DNA of 64,000 nt from the human T2T-CHM13v2.0 reference genome, Homo sapiens. The notes beneath the pieces were generated by a model that saw nothing but the letters and a program-made list of their open reading frames with translations, was not told the DNA's origin and ran no database searches. The position numbers and the translations under genes are program-made. This document shows, piece by piece, positions 57,926-64,000 of this stretch. Each line of letters starts with the position of its first letter. Positions within the stretch are counted from its first letter, which is position 1. The stretch lies in NCBI RefSeq assembly GCF_009914755.1, contig NC_060935.1; one strand, given 5' to 3'.

Positions 57926-58315
57926 CAGTTCACCCATTTAAAGTATACAATTCAATAGTTTTTGTTACATTTACAGATATGTATAAACATCACTATAGTC
58001 AATTAAAACGTTCATCACCTTGAAAAAAAAGCCCGTACCCTTTAGCCATCAGCTTTATCACCCTATCTCCCCACTCCCAGGCCTAAGCAACCTCTAATCT
58101 ACTTTGTGTCTCTGTGGATTACCCTGTTGTGAACATTTCATCTAAAGGGAATTATATCATATGTGGTCTTTTGTGACTGGTTTCTTCCACTTAACATGTT
58201 TTCAGGGCTCATCTGTGTTGTAGCATATACTTCATTTTTTTTTACAGCTGAATAATATTCCAGTGTATGCATATGCCGTATTTGTTGATCCATCCGTTGG
58301 TGGACATTTGAGTCA

Positions 58316-58810
<495 letters not shown>

Positions 58811-61274
58811 AGTTTTCATTTCTTGTCAGTATACGCCTAAGAATGGATTTGTTGGATCATATGGTAACTCTATGTTTAACCATTAAAAAACTGCCAGATT
58901 GTTTTTCAAAGTGACTGTACCATTTTACATTCCCTCCAGCAGTGTACGAGGCTTCCAATTTTTCCACAGATTTGCCAATGCTTGTTATTATCCGACTTTT
59001 TTATTCTAGCCATTTTAGTGAGTGTGAAGTGGTATCTCATTGTGGTTTTGATTTGAATTTCCCTGATGACTAAAGATGTTGAGTATCTTTTCATGTGCTT
59101 ATTGGCTACTTCTATATCTTCCTTTGAGAAGGAAATTAACATATTTTGTCCACTTGTGATTGGTTATTTGTCTCTTATTGAGTTTAAATGTTCTTTATAT
59201 TTCTGGATATATGTCCCTGATATAGGTCAGATATATGACTTGCAAATACTTGTCCTCTGTGAATAGAGATTGTTTTATTTCTTCCTTTCCAATCTGGTCG
59301 CCTTTGACTTCTTTTTCTTGCCTACTGGCTCTGGCTACCTTCAGTACAGTGTTGAATAGAAGTGACAAGAGTCGACATTCTTGTCTTGTTCCTGATTTTA
59401 GGGGGAAAGTATTCAATCTTCCACCATTAAGTATATGTTAACTGTGGGGTTTTTTGTAGATGCCCTCATCAGATTGATGAAGTTCCCTTCTGTTTCTAGC
59501 TTGTTGAGTGTATTTATCGTGAGTGTTGGATTTTGTCAAATGCTTTCCCATATCTATTGAGATGATCATATGAGTTTTTTAATTATATTGGTATGATATA
59601 ATTAATTACTAATTTTGGGAAATTAAACCAAACTTGCATCCCACTTGGTCATGGTGTATCATTGTTTTCATATGTTTCTGGATTTAGTTGCTAGTATTTT
59701 GCTGAGGATTTATTTGTTCATACTCAATGGAGATATTGGTTTATAGTTATCTTTTTTGTGATATATTAGTCTGGTTTCGATATCAGAGTAACACTGGTCT
59801 CACAAAATGAGTCTGGAAGTGTTTCCTTCTCCCTCAATTTTTGGAAGAGTTTGTGAAGAACTGACATTAATTCTTCCTTAAATGTTTAGTAGAATTCAGC
59901 AGTAAAGCTATCTGGACCTGGACTTTTCTTTGTGGGTAGTTTTCTCATTATTAATTCAATCCCTTCATGTGTTATAGATCTCTTCATTTGTCTATAGCCA
60001 ATTTCAGTAGTTTGTGTCCTTGTAGGAATTTGTCCATTTAATCTAAATTATCTAATTTGTTGTCATACAGTTGTTTACAGTGTTCCTTTATAATCCTTTT
60101 TATTTCTGTAAGGTGAGTAGTAATGTCCTCTTTCACTTTTTATTTTAGTAATTTGAGTCTTCTCTCTTTTTCTTGGTCAATCTAGCTAAAGTTTTATCAT
60201 TTTTGTCAATCTTTCAAAGAACCAACTTTAGGATTCATTGATTTTCTCTACTGCTTTTCTATTTTTTAATCTCATTAATTTATACTCTAATCATTATTAT
60301 TTCTTTTATTCCAGTTTACTAATTCTCTTTCCAGCAGCATATAAGTGACTAAACTGACCCCTTGGTTTTGTTTGTGTGCATGTGCATATTCCAATGAAAC
60401 TTTATTTGCAAAAGCAGGTGGCAAGCCAGATTTGTCCCATGGGCCACAGCTTGCCCATTCCTAATCCAGAGTAATGGTTCCCAACTCAGGATGCACATCT
60501 TTTAAAGGAATCAACTGCTGGGCTTCACTCCCTAAGATTGTGATTTAACTGATCTGGGTTGGAGCGTGGTCATCCGTGGGGTTTTTTTGTTTGTGCTTGG
60601 TTTTTGTTTTAAGCTTTCCCATGGGTTTCCAATGTGCAGCCAAAGCTGAGAGCCATTTATTTAGAGCAGGGATCTGATATTTGGGTTGTTTGTCTTTAAA
60701 TCAACAGAATGTTATTATCTTGGGGTTCTGGAGGCCAGAAGTTCAACGTTAAGGTGTCAGCAGGACCAAACTCCTTTGAAGCCTATGGGGAAAATCTTTC
60801 TTTGCCTCTTCCAGTTTCTGGTAGCTCCAGGTGTTCCTTAGCTTGTAGCTGCATAACTCCAATCTCTGCCTCTATCTTCACATGACCTTCTTCTCCTCCA
60901 ACTCAGAAATGGCCAAGTGGAAGAGGTGCATAGGGCAAGGTGTGGGAGCACGGGTGGCACGGAGCTTCCGTGGCTTCTCAGGTCACACCACCCTCCTAGC
61001 AGCTCAATGTGTTCCACCAATCCAGAAGCTTTACTTCTGGGTTTTTAATTAAGGTTATTGTATTTTCTATTTCTAGAATTATTTTAGATTCATTTGTAAA
61101 TTTACTACAGCACTTTTCATAGTTTCCTATTCTCTACAGAGATCTTCAAACTTGTCTTTCACTTTTTAAACCTATAGCCAGCCTCGTTGTTTAAAATCTA
61201 AAATCTTTATGAGTCTGTTTCCCTTGTCTAATGTTTTTGCTAGCTCCTGCTCTGCAGTCTGGTTTCTTTGCGAG

Positions 61275-61276
<2 letters not shown>

Positions 61277-61323
<47 letters not shown>
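61277..61323. repeat. (GT)n microsatellite, about 23 units
   Basis: Uninterrupted gt repeat. Confidence 0.95.
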
Positions 61324-61324
<1 letters not shown>

Positions 61325-63605
61325 TGGACATTGTATTTGAAAAAATATTTGTGGGAATAAATTTAGACTTGCAATGAAAGTTCTGTAGAGAGGATTTGCG
61401 TTTGCTTCTCTTTATAGAGAAAGTTCTTTTCTCTAGAGAGGAATTGCCAAGTACCTGGTAGTTCAACTATTTTAAGGCTTGAAATTATCTGGTGCTCGGG
61501 TGACCCTATGTTGGCTGTAATTCTATGTAAAATATTTCTCTTCTAGTTTATAGTTTACTTGGATTGCATAGCTCTTTGGGGTTCCAATATTGTGAGAAGT
61601 TTCTCCTGTTAGACCCTCAAGCTTACGCAGACCTTGGCTTTATTTTCTGTCTTGCCCGTGACAGTTTTAAAATTAAGGTTCAAAATTTTCAAGATTGGCA
61701 AATACTCTCAGGGCAAAAGCCACGTCTTGCACAGTTACATCTTCGGGATAACATTTTCCTTTCATTTTTGGCCTGGTAATTTTTTACTGACTTGTCATTT
61801 CTTCTTTGTGATTTAAAAGAAGGTTAAAATAATAACTGAGCTTTATTATTTAGTTTTAACAAGAAGGTTAATACAAATAACCTCATCTGCCATTTTGGGA
61901 ACACTATACTATTTTGATAATCATCTTATGGCTGTAAAATATTATGTCAAGTTGATCTACCATGGTGTTTTTTAAAAAATTATTCTCATGTATAGGTTTC
62001 TTAGCTTGCCTCCATTTTTCCTATGTAAATAGCAATAACATTGAACGCCTTTGTGAATAAAGCCATTTTTGCCTTCTGCAGTATTCCATACCTAAATCCT
62101 TTAGAGTACAATTGCTGAGCAATGTACTATAAATGTTTAGAGGGTTTGATTCCTAAGGGTTGAACTAATGTCTTATGAATCAAATTGTGTGATCTTCATC
62201 TTTTTAGTTCCGTCATAGTAATATTAATATTTTTAAAGACCAAGTCCAATAAACCAGTCTTGGTCACCTGATTAAGCAGTTCTCAAGCAGAAAATGAACC
62301 TTTATGAGTTTTCTTTTAAAATATTAACTCTTTTATGTAAAGTATTTAAGTTCAATTTAATGTGGCAAATACTTGTATGTCTGTCATGTTACATCTTTCT
62401 AGGTGTTTCAGATTCAGGATAAACAAGATAGACAAGCCTTGTTCCTGCCCTTAAGAAGCCCAGGACGAGGAATACAGACAAATAACACATTATTGAAATG
62501 CCCTGATAAGTGCTTTTCATAGATAATACTATGGAATTACAGAGGAGGGGCACTTAATCCAGACTGGGAGGGGCATAAAAGGTATCCTTGAAGAAATCAT
62601 AGCTAAACTTGGTAAGTCTTGAACTTGGGTGGCCTGCGTTCTCCAACTTTGTCCTTATTTTTCAAGATTCTTTGGGTTTTCTAGGTCCTTTGCGTTTCCA
62701 TATAAATTTTAGAATAAACTTGTTAATTTCTACCAAAAAAAAGCCTGCTAGGATTATGATTGAGATTATGTTAACTCCCTAGATCAATTTAGAATTAATT
62801 GACATCTTTAGAATACTGAGTTTTCCAATCCATGAAAATGATCTATGTCTCTAATTTAAGAAGACTTTTAATTTCTCTCAGCAATGTTAATGTAGGTTTC
62901 AGTGCAGAGGTCTTATAAGTCTTTGACGTATTCCTAAACATTTTGTTTTTTTATGCACATGTAAATAGTTTTATTTTTATAGTTTAACTTGGAACTGAAG
63001 AACAAATAGGAGTTAGGAAAAAGGAATATGGCATGCTAGGCAAAGGAAACAAAACAAGAAGGATATTTGTGTGCTGAGAGCTCAATATTACAAATGTCTG
63101 CTACAAACCTCTTTTATCATGCTGACATGGAAGAAATATTGCTGAGGTGAGTAACAAAAACAACAAAGAAGGCATATTCTTCTTTTTGAATTCCAGGGTC
63201 TACAACTATACACCTAATAATACTATCTAGTAGTATCTATTAGATTGATATGATTATCTAATAATAGAGCAATAATAACTAATAAGTTGCTAAGTTAGTT
63301 TAAGCCCTTTCAGGGCAGAATAAAGTTGGAGAATTTACACCATCTGACTTCAAGACTTATAAATATGCAGCAATTCAGTGTGCAGTATTAGTATTAGGAT
63401 AGACAAATAGATCAATGGAACGGACTATTTCTGCGGGCCCAGAAGTAGACCCACATTCATTTGATTTTCAACAAAAGCATCAAAGCAAGCCAATGAGAAA
63501 TGGAAAATTCCTTCAACAGGTGATATTGAAAAAACAGAATATACATCTGGAAAAATATCAACCTCAACCTGTATCTCACACCAAATATAAAAATTAATTT
63601 TAGCC

Positions 63606-63927
63606 TGGGCTGAGTGGCTCAGGTAATCCCAGAACTTTGGGAGGCCAAGGCAGGAGGATCACTTGAGACCAGGAGTTCAAGACCATCCTGGGCAACATAG
63701 CAAGACACTCTCTACAAAAAAATCTAAAAATATATATATATATTAGCTGGGCCTGGTGGTGCACCTGTAGTCCTAGCTACTCAGGAGGCTGAGGCAGGAG
63801 GATTGCTTGAGCCCAGGAGTTTCAGGCTGCAGTGAGCTATGATTGATTGTGCCACTGTACTCCAGCCTGGGTGACAGAGTAAGATCTCATTTCTAAAAAA
63901 AATAAATAAAATAAAATAAAAAAATAA
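63606..63927 (+). mobile_element. AluJ in an old L1 fragment
   Basis: Diverged dimeric Alu with A-rich tail. Confidence 0.85.
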
Positions 63928-64000
63928 AGCTATACAGCTTCTAGAAGAAAACCAAGTAGAATATATTTGCAACTTGGGAATAGGTAAAGATTTCTTAGGA

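Overview
Primate, almost certainly human, genomic DNA containing the 5' half of PGM2L1 (glucose-1,6-bisphosphate synthase, phosphohexomutase family) on the minus strand. I mapped eight coding exons by hand (ATG at 51575 down to exon 8 at 59-156); all have GT-AG junctions and consistent phases. The CpG-island promoter lies at about 51.3-52.4 kb, and the MADE1-derived MIR548AL hairpin is just upstream of it. Introns and upstream flank are dominated by transposable elements. The 17-kb intron 5 holds a 5'-truncated SVA with an apparent 3' transduction, an HNRNPA1 processed pseudogene interrupted by a chimeric AluS/AluY, and a near full-length L1PA4/5-type LINE-1 inserted into an Alu. That L1 keeps an open antisense ORF0 co-oriented with PGM2L1. 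The most unusual items are the SVA transduction, a 53-nt double-hairpin mini-retroposon with A-tail and TSD (57825-57940), a nested AT-rich palindrome between tail-to-tail Alus, and several local duplications. Repeat subfamily calls come from recalled diagnostic motifs, not from a database search.
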